Shown: positions 1 to 9,691 of the stretch, piece by piece | Numbering within the stretch: the stretch's first letter is position 1 | Layout of the letters: the number at the start of each line of letters is the position of its first letter | Virus record (IMG/VR): IMGVR_UViG_2660238271_000001 | Length of the DNA stretch: 64,000 nt | From: an uncultured virus (IMG/VR IMGVR_UViG_2660238271_000001) | Taxonomy: Duplodnaviria; Heunggongvirae; Uroviricota; Caudoviricetes | Direction: 5' to 3' (one strand) | Made by a program: the position numbers and the translations under genes | The notes under the pieces: model-generated | Told to the model about the DNA's origin: nothing | Seen by the model: only the letters and a program-made list of their open reading frames with translations | Databases searched by the model: none

Positions 1-1011
1 TTATAAAAAACAACATAAACAGCCGCTTTGTTGTTCTGAGCGAACGTGTAGCGTGGTTAACTGTTCTTCCGCCATTTTTTGTATAGCCTGGGGATCTATT
101 CTAAAAATGGCGTGAAAAACCTGATCAGAGAGGGTTTCGATTATCTCAGCTAACATACTTTGGCTGGTGCTGGGATCCGTTACGAGGAACGCCTGAAACG
201 TCTTATCCGCTAGTAAAACCTCTTTTACCATTTTTTCAATAGGTATGTGGGTATGCGGTGGTGGTATTTCAAGCTGTTTTAATCCACACATCGCCATTGT
301 TTCTAAAAATGCGTTTTGCTGAGTACTTTCGGATATATTCGCATGGTGTAAAATGCGCGTTGTCTTTTCAATCCCAGACTGAATTTTCGCTGCCAGGTAG
401 GTTGCCTTTTCTTGCGCTTTCCACCCATCTAAATGTCCTTTTCTCAATTCAGTATATAAATACCCCTCTATGTTGTCTAATGGAACCGATAATATCGGCG
501 CGCCAGCAGGATTGAGACATAATGTCGAAGGGAGGGGGTAGTCTACGATTTCGCTATATCTTCTCTTAATCATGGCCGTCATTTGTGGATGCGATTTTAA
601 AGTATCCGGGCGATTTTTCATTAAAAAATAAAGATTCCCCATGACTTCACAGCTAAAGGTATCGGTATTTTGAGTGATACGTAACAATTCGTTCTCTTCG
701 TTTTGATCCATGATACGAAGAATCATGATGGCATCATTTTCATGAGGATTATAAACCTGAAATCTATCTCTTTGCGATGCGCAGGCTAACTCTTTCAACT
801 CAAAAAAAATCTCTGTAAGCCGCTCTCGTGTGGGGGCGCGTTCGGCAAACAACATCTCATGTAGACAACGGTCCGCTTTTTCTTTGCCAGTAGAAAAAAA
901 GAAGTCTTTAATTTTTTCCCATAAAACTTTCCACCATGCTTCTTTCGTATTCCTTGGGGAGTTGGTAAGGATTTCACTTTTTAAAAAACCATTCCCTATA
1001 GTAATCGGCAT
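1..1011 (-). CDS. sifA: SPI-2 T3SS effector SifA
   Basis: 336 aa; N-terminal MPITIGNGFLKSEI..WEKIKDFF translocation motif and C-terminal CLCCFL prenylation motif. Confidence 0.98.
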   Translation of the reverse strand: MPITIGNGFLKSEILTNSPRNTKEAWWKVLWEKIKDFFFSTGKEKADRCLHEMLFAERAPTRERLTEIFFELKELACASQRDRFQVYNPHENDAIMILRIMDQNEENELLRITQNTDTFSCEVMGNLYFLMKNRPDTLKSHPQMTAMIKRRYSEIVDYPLPSTLCLNPAGAPILSVPLDNIEGYLYTELRKGHLDGWKAQEKATYLAAKIQSGIEKTTRILHHANISESTQQNAFLETMAMCGLKQLEIPPPHTHIPIEKMVKEVLLADKTFQAFLVTDPSTSQSMLAEIIETLSDQVFHAIFRIDPQAIQKMAEEQLTTLHVRSEQQSGCLCCFL

Positions 1012-1343
1012 ATTAATCTCACTTATACTGGAGTAAAAATGACTACATAATTGATTAAATCGACCCTTTTTATCTCAACTGCGGGCGCATCGGATGTAAT
1101 ATAATTTTTAAAAGAGACTGGCAATCAGTATAAAACCTGAGAGCTTCGCGTATAAACGCATTACTGTCTGTGATAGCGTCGCTACAGGTAAAAATAAAAG
1201 AAGGACTACCGCGGATGATGTTGTAGATTTGCAATACTGGCGGCAACTTCTTTCATGCGTTTTTTATGCCGAAGGNNNNNNNNNNNNNNNNNNNNNNNTA
1301 AACTTCATGCCTGGATGCGTGTGGATTTGTTAGCGTTGCGCAA

Positions 1344-1379
1344 TTAATCGCTTATATCACTCACCTTCTTATTCAGAAG
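1344..1379 (-). other. Orphaned 3' end of potB marking the prophage attachment junction
   Basis: Minus strand reads CTT CTG AAT AAG AAG GTG AGT GAT ATA AGC GAT TAA (LLNKKVSDISD*), as I recall the PotB C-terminus; sifA normally lies between potB and potC; the integrase ends 140 bp away. Confidence 0.75.
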
Positions 1380-1518
1380 GTGGAATACTTCCATTGTTTT
1401 GAATTTATTCAATTTTTTCTCTTCTCCAAAATCTCTCCAAAACTTTTCTCCAAAACCAGCCCACACATTTTACAACACTTTCTTCGGGAGAAGTCGATGC
1501 ATTTCCCATATAGATTTG

Positions 1519-2637
1519 TCAAACAACCAACTGAACCCATTCCTGACCGCGAGTATCGTTATAGCGATCGGTGGTTGCCTGGACTTTATGTCCAAGTAAT
1601 GTTTTTGTATCGATACCCTGCGCGCGGTACAGTCGTTCTGACAGGGAGCGTTGTTCATGAAATGTTGGCGGAGTTTTTCCTGCTGGTGGAATTATTCCAG
1701 CCAGATCCCGCGCTTTGGCAAAGTAATCACTTACATTGTCTTTACTCATCGGTTTTGGCTGCTTCTGGTGTCGGCTATGAACTAGGTATGGGCTTAATAT
1801 TTTGTCTCTACATCCATCAATAACTTCTTTTAATGATATTCCAATGGCATCGCAGCGTAACGTCAGTGGTAACGCCAGACGCATTTCGGTTTTTCTCTGG
1901 ATGATATGCAGGTGATTGTTCCATACATCTGAGAAACGCATGTGGCAAATGTCATCACGGCGCTGACCCGTAACAATCGCGAGAAGCATCGCATTACGAA
2001 TAAAATGTTTTTCTGGTGTGGCGTTATAAATTTTTTGCCAGTTTTCCAGAGTGAGCCTTGCTCTTGATACCTTAGGGATCGGTTTGCGAGTGGCCTCAGG
2101 AGGGTTCCACCCAGGAGGAACCTCACCTGCATGTTGTGCTTCTTTGTAAATATCAACCCATAACCCGCGATTTACTCTCGCCGTACTGACCATGTCTTTA
2201 CCCAACCACTCGTCCAGTATTAATGCGAAGTCTCTTACTTCCAGTTCCTTCAACGGGTGGTTTCCCAGACGGGAAACCAGATATGCAGCCATCCGCGCTT
2301 TTTCTTTGTGGGTTGTGGCTGAAATGTCTCCATTTTTCAGCCGTGTGTCCTGTATTTTGAGATATCGATCAACCCATGCCTTTAATCTGATACCCCGACG
2401 TTTTGTTGCTGACGGGCTTTCATCTATTTTGCGCATGAAATATTCAGCTTCTGCTGTGGCTATTCGTTGATTGGCTGTGGTGGCAATTTTTTCTGCCTTG
2501 CTCTTATCAGTTCCGAGTCCATGAAATTTTCCCGTTACAGGATTTTTATATTGGTAATAAGTTTTATCTGTTCTGCGATCGAATCGTGCGTAAAGACCTG
2601 GAACAGATATGCTATTTTTTCGTGGCCTCGGTGACAT
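1519..2637 (-). CDS. int: Tyrosine integrase (lambda Int family)
   Basis: Arm-binding N-terminus; TGQRRDD, FHEQRSLS, LLGH..TTDRY catalytic motifs. Confidence 0.95.
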   Translation of the reverse strand: MSPRPRKNSISVPGLYARFDRRTDKTYYQYKNPVTGKFHGLGTDKSKAEKIATTANQRIATAEAEYFMRKIDESPSATKRRGIRLKAWVDRYLKIQDTRLKNGDISATTHKEKARMAAYLVSRLGNHPLKELEVRDFALILDEWLGKDMVSTARVNRGLWVDIYKEAQHAGEVPPGWNPPEATRKPIPKVSRARLTLENWQKIYNATPEKHFIRNAMLLAIVTGQRRDDICHMRFSDVWNNHLHIIQRKTEMRLALPLTLRCDAIGISLKEVIDGCRDKILSPYLVHSRHQKQPKPMSKDNVSDYFAKARDLAGIIPPAGKTPPTFHEQRSLSERLYRAQGIDTKTLLGHKVQATTDRYNDTRGQEWVQLVV

Positions 2638-2884
2638 GGATTAATATCTCCTTCAGGGCGTCATCATCGTCATCATGAATTTCTGGCGCGACTCCAGTTT
2701 CACCAGCGCCAACAAAAATAGCATTGCGATCCACCAACCAACGACCACGAATCTTTTGCGGTCGGGGAACTATGTATCCAAGCTTTCCATATTTCACCAG
2801 GGTGGTGTTCGTAATCGGAAGACTGAATCGCTTAGGTTTCCACTCGTCGAGCGTTATCATGAATTGTTCGCTCATGGCTATCAC
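2612..2884 (-). CDS. xis: Excisionase
   Basis: Small ORF overlapping the int start; ITLDEW...PRPQKIRGRWLVD pattern. Confidence 0.8.
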   Translation of the reverse strand: MIAMSEQFMITLDEWKPKRFSLPITNTTLVKYGKLGYIVPRPQKIRGRWLVDRNAIFVGAGETGVAPEIHDDDDDALKEILIHVTEATKK

Positions 2885-2956
2885 TCCGGGACGCNNNNNN
2901 NNNNNNNNNNNNNNNNNNNNNNNNNNNNNNNNNNNNNNNCTGGCGACGGTTGAACA

Positions 2957-5392
2957 TTAAAAATCAGCCTGATTTGGGATCAGTTTTTGCCAGATTGCTG
3001 AAACGTATTTTGCCTGGTGGCGGGCATCGTCCAGGGCATTGTGCCGTTCGCCTTCAAACGCTATGTCGTTGCGCGCGTCGTAACCAATGGCTTTCCCCAG
3101 TTCAACAATCGTTCGTATATCGCGATCGTTATAAAAACGCCACGGGCAGGGGATACCCAGACGCTCGTATGAGCGGCGTAAAATGACGTTATCGAAAGTT
3201 GCGCCGTTGCCCCATACCTGAATCAATTTTTCGTCTGAGTGTTCGTTGATGAATTCCCGCAACTGCAACAAGGCGTCGACCAGTGACCTTTGATCCACTA
3301 AAAGAGCGGATCTGGCTTCGCCTGATTGCTGCAACCACCACTCAATGGTTCCTCCATCAGGGACAGCCCCTGATTCCATAGCATTAACCAGACTAATGAC
3401 TACATAAAATATCGCTCCTCCGATTTCTCCGGTTTGTGGATCGAAGAGTATGGCGGCAATAGCCACGATCGGTGCGTCTGGATTTGTCCCCATAGTTTCA
3501 AGGTCGACCATCAGATGAGTCCACGTCTGGCTGGTGGACTCTTTTTCTTGATGACCGTTCACCTTATCTATGATATTTGACGTATGGTCAGTTTCATTAG
3601 CGCTATTGCCGTGTTGAGCGTCTTCATTGTTCGTTTGCTGCGGAGAATCATCTTTTTCCGGTATATCCTGATCTTTTTCCTGACAGTCATCAGATTTTTC
3701 CACGCCGAATGTTTCTTTGTACGTGGCATCCCCCATAACCGTCCCACAGTCGGGGCAATTACCACGGCCAGTTTTCCCGCAGGTGTTACAGGCTTTTTCC
3801 TGGCCTTTATCGTCAGCGGTTTCGTCCTGATTTGAGGCGCTGTAATCGTTATGAACCCACTTCGGATCGTTCGGGTCGCTGATGCCTTCCACATATTCAC
3901 CGCGCGCGGCCGCCAGTTGTTTACCAAAGTCGACCGGATTTTTGGGTGGAATGTTTTTACGTGCTTCGTGCAGTTCTGCCAGTTTTTTCTGATATGCAGC
4001 GTCTATCTGCGACTGAGCATCCAGCGGCTGCGCATCCTGATGATGCTCAGTTGTATCCGGTTCCATTGTTTCAGGCGTTGCCGGTTCATCTGCCATTGCG
4101 CCAGATGGTTGCGATTTTTCTTCATCACACTGAAATCTCCCGGCCTCAATATCCCGAAGACATTTGCCCGCCTTGCGAAGCCTTGCTGTATTTTCTTCAT
4201 GGGTTGTTGGGGCATTATCAGGCACATATTCGTACCAGTCCGGATCGCGAACGCCATGAACAGCAAGAAAGCTTTCACACCAGACCCGGCGAAGTTCCGG
4301 ATTACCGTTATGTACGGCCTTTGGTGCCTTACGTACCAGGTCAATAATGGTCTGTCGGTCGTAGCCTTTGATGTCGGGAATAATGCCCACTGTCATCGAC
4401 ATGCGTTTCCAGTCTTCCCGGTCTTCGGTGATGATACGTTTTGCAAATTCCATTGCAGGACGCAGGTTATTTAGGTCAAGATCTTCACAGAATCCACAGG
4501 CGAGTTCATAGTTAATCGTCCTGTGTGTCGGTTTTTCACTACGACGCGGACGTTCCGGCCTGTTTACGTCAGAGACGTTTACTTCAGGTGGCTCTGGTTT
4601 TATAGCGGGCGCAGGTTTATTCCTCAGGCGCTCAGCCCATTCCTTAACCAGCAGGCCGCGGTTAATGTGTTCAGCACTGAACCATTCCTTAAAAAACTGA
4701 ATGGTGGTGCATAACTCAGGCACTTTTCCATCGACAGGAAATACCTGCTTATACGCATTAACCACCTTGTGAATATCATGCTCAATAGCTTTTTTGAACG
4801 GCTCTACATTTTCTGCTGCGAGTATGAGGTTCTGGACGGTGGTATTCTGAGTATCCATTTCCAGACACGCGATTTCTTTTTTCTGGTCTGTATCGACGTG
4901 ATAAAGATATTCACCATCCCCAATATACTGCGCCAGAACGCGATGGCGGAACGGCAGTGTCACAACCACGGTCAGTTGATGTTTTGATGGCTGGTTATCA
5001 GTTTCCGGTGTCCCGCTTTCTTCGGTGCCAGTGTCGTCGGCGCATTCCTCCGTTTTTTTGTCGTGGGCGTCAGTAGCGGGCGCGCCGGGGATAAGTGTCA
5101 GGGTTTTGCCATCTTCGCCGCCCAGCTCATATTTCTGCCAGAAGGTGGTATCAAAACTTCCCTCCGGCGGAAGTTCGTTAACAACGGGGAAATTAACGCG
5201 AACCGGTTTTGCAAAATCTGTCGGTTCGAATCCGGCGTCAAGCATTGAAACGGTAAGACGTGCTAAAGCTGCCGTTTCGCTGTTGTCGGTTTTCCACCAG
5301 AAAGCAAAAGGGAAGCCGAGACGTTTTCGGGCGTTTTCATTTTTAACCTTAATATAATATGAGTATTCTGTTTTATTGTCGCTCATTATCAT
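2957..5392 (-). CDS. RecE/ExoVIII-like N-terminus fused to DEDDh 3'-5' exonuclease domain
   Basis: C-terminal HLMVDLETMG...WGNGATFD...HNALDDA; CxxC-CxxC segment; position in the early-left operon. Confidence 0.85.
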   Translation of the reverse strand: MIMSDNKTEYSYYIKVKNENARKRLGFPFAFWWKTDNSETAALARLTVSMLDAGFEPTDFAKPVRVNFPVVNELPPEGSFDTTFWQKYELGGEDGKTLTLIPGAPATDAHDKKTEECADDTGTEESGTPETDNQPSKHQLTVVVTLPFRHRVLAQYIGDGEYLYHVDTDQKKEIACLEMDTQNTTVQNLILAAENVEPFKKAIEHDIHKVVNAYKQVFPVDGKVPELCTTIQFFKEWFSAEHINRGLLVKEWAERLRNKPAPAIKPEPPEVNVSDVNRPERPRRSEKPTHRTINYELACGFCEDLDLNNLRPAMEFAKRIITEDREDWKRMSMTVGIIPDIKGYDRQTIIDLVRKAPKAVHNGNPELRRVWCESFLAVHGVRDPDWYEYVPDNAPTTHEENTARLRKAGKCLRDIEAGRFQCDEEKSQPSGAMADEPATPETMEPDTTEHHQDAQPLDAQSQIDAAYQKKLAELHEARKNIPPKNPVDFGKQLAAARGEYVEGISDPNDPKWVHNDYSASNQDETADDKGQEKACNTCGKTGRGNCPDCGTVMGDATYKETFGVEKSDDCQEKDQDIPEKDDSPQQTNNEDAQHGNSANETDHTSNIIDKVNGHQEKESTSQTWTHLMVDLETMGTNPDAPIVAIAAILFDPQTGEIGGAIFYVVISLVNAMESGAVPDGGTIEWWLQQSGEARSALLVDQRSLVDALLQLREFINEHSDEKLIQVWGNGATFDNVILRRSYERLGIPCPWRFYNDRDIRTIVELGKAIGYDARNDIAFEGERHNALDDARHQAKYVSAIWQKLIPNQADF

Positions 5393-5413
5393 TACCCTTA
5401 TTACAAATCAGAT

Positions 5414-5731
5414 TTAATGAAGACTTTCTTTTTTCATTGAGCAGAATGCGTCCGTGACGAGCTCTTTACACTCCATCAGTTTCAACAATGAAATAAGATT
5501 TTCGGGAGGAGCTTCGTTCATTTTTAACAGCATTATTGCGGCTATTATTGACCTGTCATATGCGCCTGTTTCACTGTCTGTATATGCAACAAGAGTTCTG
5601 GAAACACTTTCCTCGTCACAGTCCCGGGCATAAGAAACAACACAGGGCATATTGTTTTCGATACATAACGTACGAATTTTTCCTGAAAGCTGGCGGAGTT
5701 CTGCAATTACTGATTCAGGTACATTTTTCAT
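5414..5731 (-). CDS. Hypothetical phage protein
   Basis: 105-aa ORF with RBS; identical copy at 45266-45583. Confidence 0.7.
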   Translation of the reverse strand: MKNVPESVIAELRQLSGKIRTLCIENNMPCVVSYARDCDEESVSRTLVAYTDSETGAYDRSIIAAIMLLKMNEAPPENLISLLKLMECKELVTDAFCSMKKESLH

Positions 5732-5815
5732 ATAGATTCCTTTTTTCAGGTTGAGTGAATCCCTGCCATTGCTGGCATCTTTAAAAACAGGATGGTTTAA
5801 ACTAAGAGTGGTCTG

Positions 5816-6037
5816 TTACCATGATTCAGCTTTGGCAGGCAGACCATTTCTGTTCAGCCAGACTTTTACCATGCAATCGGTAATACATCTTTGCGTTGTT
5901 AAATCACGGATATATAAACGGCGTTTTTTAATGTTATTCGCTGAGGCGATATAAGTACGACCATCATGGATAACATAATCTCCCGGCGTAATACACTGAC
6001 GCGGTATTTCATCCGTTCCGAAGTGATGAGCAATCAT
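5816..6037 (-). CDS. kilR: KilR-family FtsZ/cell-division inhibitor
   Basis: [21 protein letters not shown]...KAESW closely resembles Rac KilR. Confidence 0.9.
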   Translation of the reverse strand: MIAHHFGTDEIPRQCITPGDYVIHDGRTYIASANNIKKRRLYIRDLTTQRCITDCMVKVWLNRNGLPAKAESW

Positions 6038-6062
6038 AGCCCCTCCATTTCTGGTAAATAAA

Positions 6063-6196
6063 TTTTGTGGTGCGGTGCCTGGTGCCTCCAGGTGACATTA
6101 ACCAGTTAACAATTAATGCCGACTTAAACCACCCATACTGATTCAGGAGTTTTAACTGTGCCGCGTGCGCTTAGCCGCATTCACCACACCACAAAA
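6063..6196 (-). ncRNA. Structured RNA element of the early-left transcript (15-bp closing stem; CCUGG-AGGCA-CCAGG arm)
   Basis: Arms 6063-6077 and 6182-6196 are complementary; resembles dicBF-operon leader stems. Confidence 0.55.
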
Positions 6197-6201
6197 TTCG
6201 C

Positions 6202-6255
6202 TTTAAAAAGGGCGGAAACCAGAAAGGAATGAACTGGTACCGCCAAAGACTACAC
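6202..6255 (-). ncRNA. DicF-like small RNA
   Basis: CTTTGGCGG...CCGCCCTTTTTAAAG frame typical of DicF, upstream of a division-inhibitor gene. Confidence 0.55.
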
Positions 6256-6390
6256 ACAGCAATGTCACGGGTTCCACTCGCAACCGGAAGCGCGCTGTCA
6301 GGCTGGATTAACGACAGGATCAATATGAACATATCCCGCAACGCGCTTTCGTGTTGTGTGCTCCGTAACGTGGAGCAGGCGGCCTGTCTT

Positions 6391-6418
6391 TTTACCACTT
6401 CAGGCTCGGTGGTATACT
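6391..6418 (+). promoter_or_regulatory. Rightward promoter with extended -10 (TGgTATACT) for the sieB-slot gene
   Basis: TTTACC...TGGTATACT; same element at 46264-46272. Confidence 0.55.
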
Positions 6419-6453
6419 GGAGTTCTCACACAACCAGTAAAAGGAAATCCGTT

Positions 6454-6651
6454 ATGACAACTAAAATAAAAGCATCCACCAATGAGCTTGTTGCGATTAA
6501 ATATGCTCTCGCCCTTATCCTTTACAAGCTTCATAATTCATGTGAAGCAAACGTTATTCTCGATGAATTACGCGCATCTGGGTTTCAGGAATGTATAGCG
6601 CTGGCGGATGAAATAGCTAAATTTGCTCCGGCTCCTCCTCCGCGCTTATAG
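6454..6651 (+). CDS. Small protein in the sieB position (opposite to the early-left operon)
   Basis: RBS AAGGAAA then ATG; 65 aa; own promoter. Confidence 0.6.
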   Translation: MTTKIKASTNELVAIKYALALILYKLHNSCEANVILDELRASGFQECIALADEIAKFAPAPPPRL

Positions 6652-6859
6652 GGCCAGGACGACCAGGGTCATAGTTAATGGTATATGTTTTCATAGGGTT
6701 ATAGAGCTTGGTAAAAGCGTCGTTGATATTCTGGGCCAGTGCCATTGCTGGTTCGTTTTCACTGGTGTTGGTGGCACACGGCATTCTATCCGCCAGCAGT
6801 TGAGCTGCGATGTTCTGGACTGATATCGGTAATTCTCTGAAGTTCATCTCATACCTCAC
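6617..6859 (-). CDS. Hypothetical phage protein
   Basis: 80-aa ORF in the early-left operon. Confidence 0.55.
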   Translation of the reverse strand: MRYEMNFRELPISVQNIAAQLLADRMPCATNTSENEPAMALAQNINDAFTKLYNPMKTYTINYDPGRPGPISAEEEPEQI

Positions 6860-6952
6860 TGGTTCCTGTGCTGCCAGCTTAATTAAGGTTCTGCGTAGTG
6901 CGCTTTCGTGTTGCGCCGGATGCTTTTCTGAATCCGGCTTCCTGTATGACTC

Positions 6953-7108
6953 TTAATCACAATGGTTTCTTGTTAACCAGCGTCGTGCGCCAGCTTCAGT
7001 TTTGAAGGTTTTGCTTCTGGTAAACGTCATGGCGGTAAACGTACCGTCATTGTTGGGAAATACGCCATAAACCACAGATTCATTGTTGCCTAAGTCGATT
7101 GCTTTCAT
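6953..7108 (-). CDS. YdaF/YdfA (DUF1391) family protein
   Basis: MKAIDLGNNESVVYGVFPNNDGTFTAMTFTRSKTFKTEAGARRWL (51 aa, below the ORF-track cutoff). Confidence 0.85.
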   Translation of the reverse strand: MKAIDLGNNESVVYGVFPNNDGTFTAMTFTRSKTFKTEAGARRWLTRNHCD

Positions 7109-7404
7109 TTTTCCCTCATCCGCTTAACGCCCGGCGGCGGAACGTTTTATCTACTGCGCTTGTTACTTAACAACAACTGCCGTCATGTTCGTATGCCTCA
7201 GGCTGGCTACTTAGCCCGACTCAGCAGCGGGATAACTCATGGTATTGTCCGGCTGTTATCTGGTCTGGCGTTGTCTTGATACATCAAATGCTCACATATC
7301 GTGAGTGATTTGTCAATATGAATTGTGAGCATTATTTTCTTGGTGGGATATGGATAAGCAAAAAAAATCCCGCATTTGCGGGATTACTAAGAGGGGAGGT
7401 TAGC

Positions 7405-7803
7405 TCAAGAGGATGGAGTATCTTTTTTATACTGTCTGCTTCTAAGGTATTGTTCTACATACTCATCAATTTCTTTTAATCTGATTTCAAACAGATCAAG
7501 CATACGTGTTTGCTCTGATGCTGGCAGTTGATTAAACAATTCGAGTAGCTTTTGTTGGTTATCACTCAGCCATGAGTTGGCATTTTCCTGCTTACCGAAC
7601 ATTAGTTCTGCGGGGGAAATGCCAAGCACTTGACCAAGCGTAATGGCATCCTCAGCTCCAATACTCCGCGTTCCAGCCTCGTAATTTGCAATGCGTGACG
7701 ACCCCGACCAGCCACATAGCTTAGCCAGTCGTCCCATGCTTAATCCTCTGTTTTGGCGGATAGTTTTAAGACGTTCGCCAATTTGTTCTGCAATCGTTTT
7801 CAT
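7405..7803 (-). CDS. CI-like XRE repressor
   Basis: N-terminal HTH (RLKTIRQNRGLSMGRLAKLCGWSGSSRIANYEAGTR), divergent from cro. Confidence 0.88.
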   Translation of the reverse strand: MKTIAEQIGERLKTIRQNRGLSMGRLAKLCGWSGSSRIANYEAGTRSIGAEDAITLGQVLGISPAELMFGKQENANSWLSDNQQKLLELFNQLPASEQTRMLDLFEIRLKEIDEYVEQYLRSRQYKKDTPSS

Positions 7804-7816
7804 GTTTGGAATTTTA

Positions 7817-7878
7817 TCACGCTACGTGAAATTGATGATACTCACGTATGTGTAGTTGACTATGCTCACGAATTGTGA
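7817..7878. promoter_or_regulatory. Operator cluster TCAC-N5-GTGA (OR); another copy at 7292-7304 (OL)
   Basis: tcacgctacgtga, tcacgtatgtgta and tcacgaattgtga lie between the divergent repressor and cro genes. Confidence 0.65.
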
Positions 7879-7901
7879 ATAATAAAATTCGGAGGTTTTA
7901 A

Positions 7902-8156
7902 ATGAACAAAATTTCAACATACAGAAAGCAACTGGGGCTATCTCAAAGGCAGCTTGCGACTCATTTGGGATGGATACAGAGCCGTCTGGCGAACTACGAA
8001 GCAAATTTTCGCACACCCGGACTGGAGGAGTGCCGAAAAATTGTTGCCACACTTAACCATCTGGGATCTCGCTGTGTTCTTGATGATGTTTTCCCGCCTC
8101 ATGTGAACGATAGCAGAACCATATTAGCGAAGGTGAACAACCATGATCACCCCTGA
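7902..8156 (+). CDS. Cro-like HTH protein
   Basis: Short XRE HTH divergent from the repressor. Confidence 0.85.
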   Translation: MNKISTYRKQLGLSQRQLATHLGWIQSRLANYEANFRTPGLEECRKIVATLNHLGSRCVLDDVFPPHVNDSRTILAKVNNHDHP

Positions 8157-8637
8157 AACAGCCAGTCAGGCGTTATCGTCATGGCTGGCATATCTACAGA
8201 TAACCCAGGAAACCGCCACGCAGCTGATCACCCGCGCATTCCTGGAGCAGCCGGCGCGACCGGAAATAGCGGTTCACCGTATCGAGCGTGACGACGGAAC
8301 GGTGGATTACGACGCATGGCGCCGTAACCGGATAAACATTTTTCAGCGCTGGCGGAAACGGGAAACGGCGGAGCACTGCGAGAAATTCTCTGCACTGATC
8401 CCCGCTATTCTGGAGGCGATCCTCAAAAGTGCGCCGGAACTGCATAAACGAATAACGGCAGGGCAGAGCATTGAATACCTGCTTTCACAGCTTTTAAAAA
8501 AACCGCAGTGGCAAGCGCGGTACTTCTTGGCGCGCCGCTGGCGGATTTTGAGCGAAAGTGTGACGAGGCCATATATGCATTACAGGCGTTACGTAGCGGT
8601 TATCGCCAGCAGTACCAGAGACATGACCAGTGAGTAA
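8143..8637 (+). CDS. CII-like protein (possible -1 frameshift at A7, 8496-8502)
   Basis: Position after cro; NIFQRW motif; alternative protein-like -1 frame tail. Confidence 0.65.
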   Translation: MITPETASQALSSWLAYLQITQETATQLITRAFLEQPARPEIAVHRIERDDGTVDYDAWRRNRINIFQRWRKRETAEHCEKFSALIPAILEAILKSAPELHKRITAGQSIEYLLSQLLKKPQWQARYFLARRWRILSESVTRPYMHYRRYVAVIASSTRDMTSE

Positions 8638-8683
8638 TTTTTTATGTTTTCAGATCGCCCGGAAAAGAGCGTAGAGAGGCTTT

Positions 8684-9691
8684 ATGGCCACACTTCCATA
8701 CATGCAGCTTTACATCGCTGATTATCTGGCGGACACCATGCACCTTTCTGCCGAGGAGCATGGAGCCTATTTGTTGTTGATGTTCAATTACTGGCAGACC
8801 GGAAGAGCTATCCCGAAAAGCAGGCTGGCAAAAATTGCTCGGATTAGCAGTGAACGCTGGGGAGCTGTGGAAGAGTCCCTGAGAGAATTTTTCATTGATA
8901 ACGGCACTGAATGGATTCATGAGCGTATCGAGAATGATCTCGCTGCGGTCAGGGATGTTCTGGCGAAAAAGTCGGCAGCAGGGAAAGCATCTGTTCAGTC
9001 CAGAAGGAACAGGAAGAAAACGCAGGCCGCCAGTGGAAGTAACACATGTTCAAAAGGTGTTGGTTCGGTGTTTAAACAGGAAGCCAACAAAAAGGGAACT
9101 AATAAAGATATAGATCTAAAAGAATTAAACCCCACACATAACGCGTGCGCGCGCGCGAGTGCTCCGGTTAGTCAGCCTGGAATTATGCAACAGCCTGCCG
9201 TGACTGAACCGGAATACCGGGAAGGCCTGAACGAGCCGATCGGGAAATTCTCAATGATGGACGACTGGCATCCCTCGCTGGATTTCCGACAACGGGCCGC
9301 CCAGTGGGGCGTTGCGTTACCAGAGCCGGAGTATTTACCTACGGAGCTTGTCGCGTTCAGGGATTACTGGACGTCGGAGGGAAAGGTGTTCACACAAATC
9401 CAGTGGGAACAAAAATTCGCCCGTCACGTAAACCACGTCAGGGCAAAGGCGAAACCAGCCAGCAGGGGAGAAAGCCATGCAGAAATCCAGCCAGACAGCA
9501 TCGCATCGCGGGCAGTACAGCAAATCAGGGCAGCCCGCGTGCAGTGGGAACGCGAAAACGGGATCGTCAGCGACGGAGACGGCCTGGCGACTCTGGGAAG
9601 TCATGGGGGAAATTTATTCGAACCGCTGGACGCAGAAGAACGGCGCGGCACCTTCGAAGCTGTGGGTGGCCCAGATTGGGGCGATGACTGA
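8684..9691 (+). CDS. Replication initiator (YdaU/DUF1376 N-terminus, DnaT-like C-terminus)
   Basis: MATLPYMQLYIADYLADTMHLSAEEHGAYLLL; FRDYW...WEQKF. Confidence 0.85.
   Translation: MATLPYMQLYIADYLADTMHLSAEEHGAYLLLMFNYWQTGRAIPKSRLAKIARISSERWGAVEESLREFFIDNGTEWIHERIENDLAAVRDVLAKKSAAGKASVQSRRNRKKTQAASGSNTCSKGVGSVFKQEANKKGTNKDIDLKELNPTHNACARASAPVSQPGIMQQPAVTEPEYREGLNEPIGKFSMMDDWHPSLDFRQRAAQWGVALPEPEYLPTELVAFRDYWTSEGKVFTQIQWEQKFARHVNHVRAKAKPASRGESHAEIQPDSIASRAVQQIRAARVQWERENGIVSDGDGLATLGSHGGNLFEPLDAEERRGTFEAVGGPDWGDD

Noticed and set aside
1380..1518. TTCTCCAAAA repeats and overlapping ORFs
   Set aside because: Probably integrase arm-type sites in the att region; the ORFs are not credible
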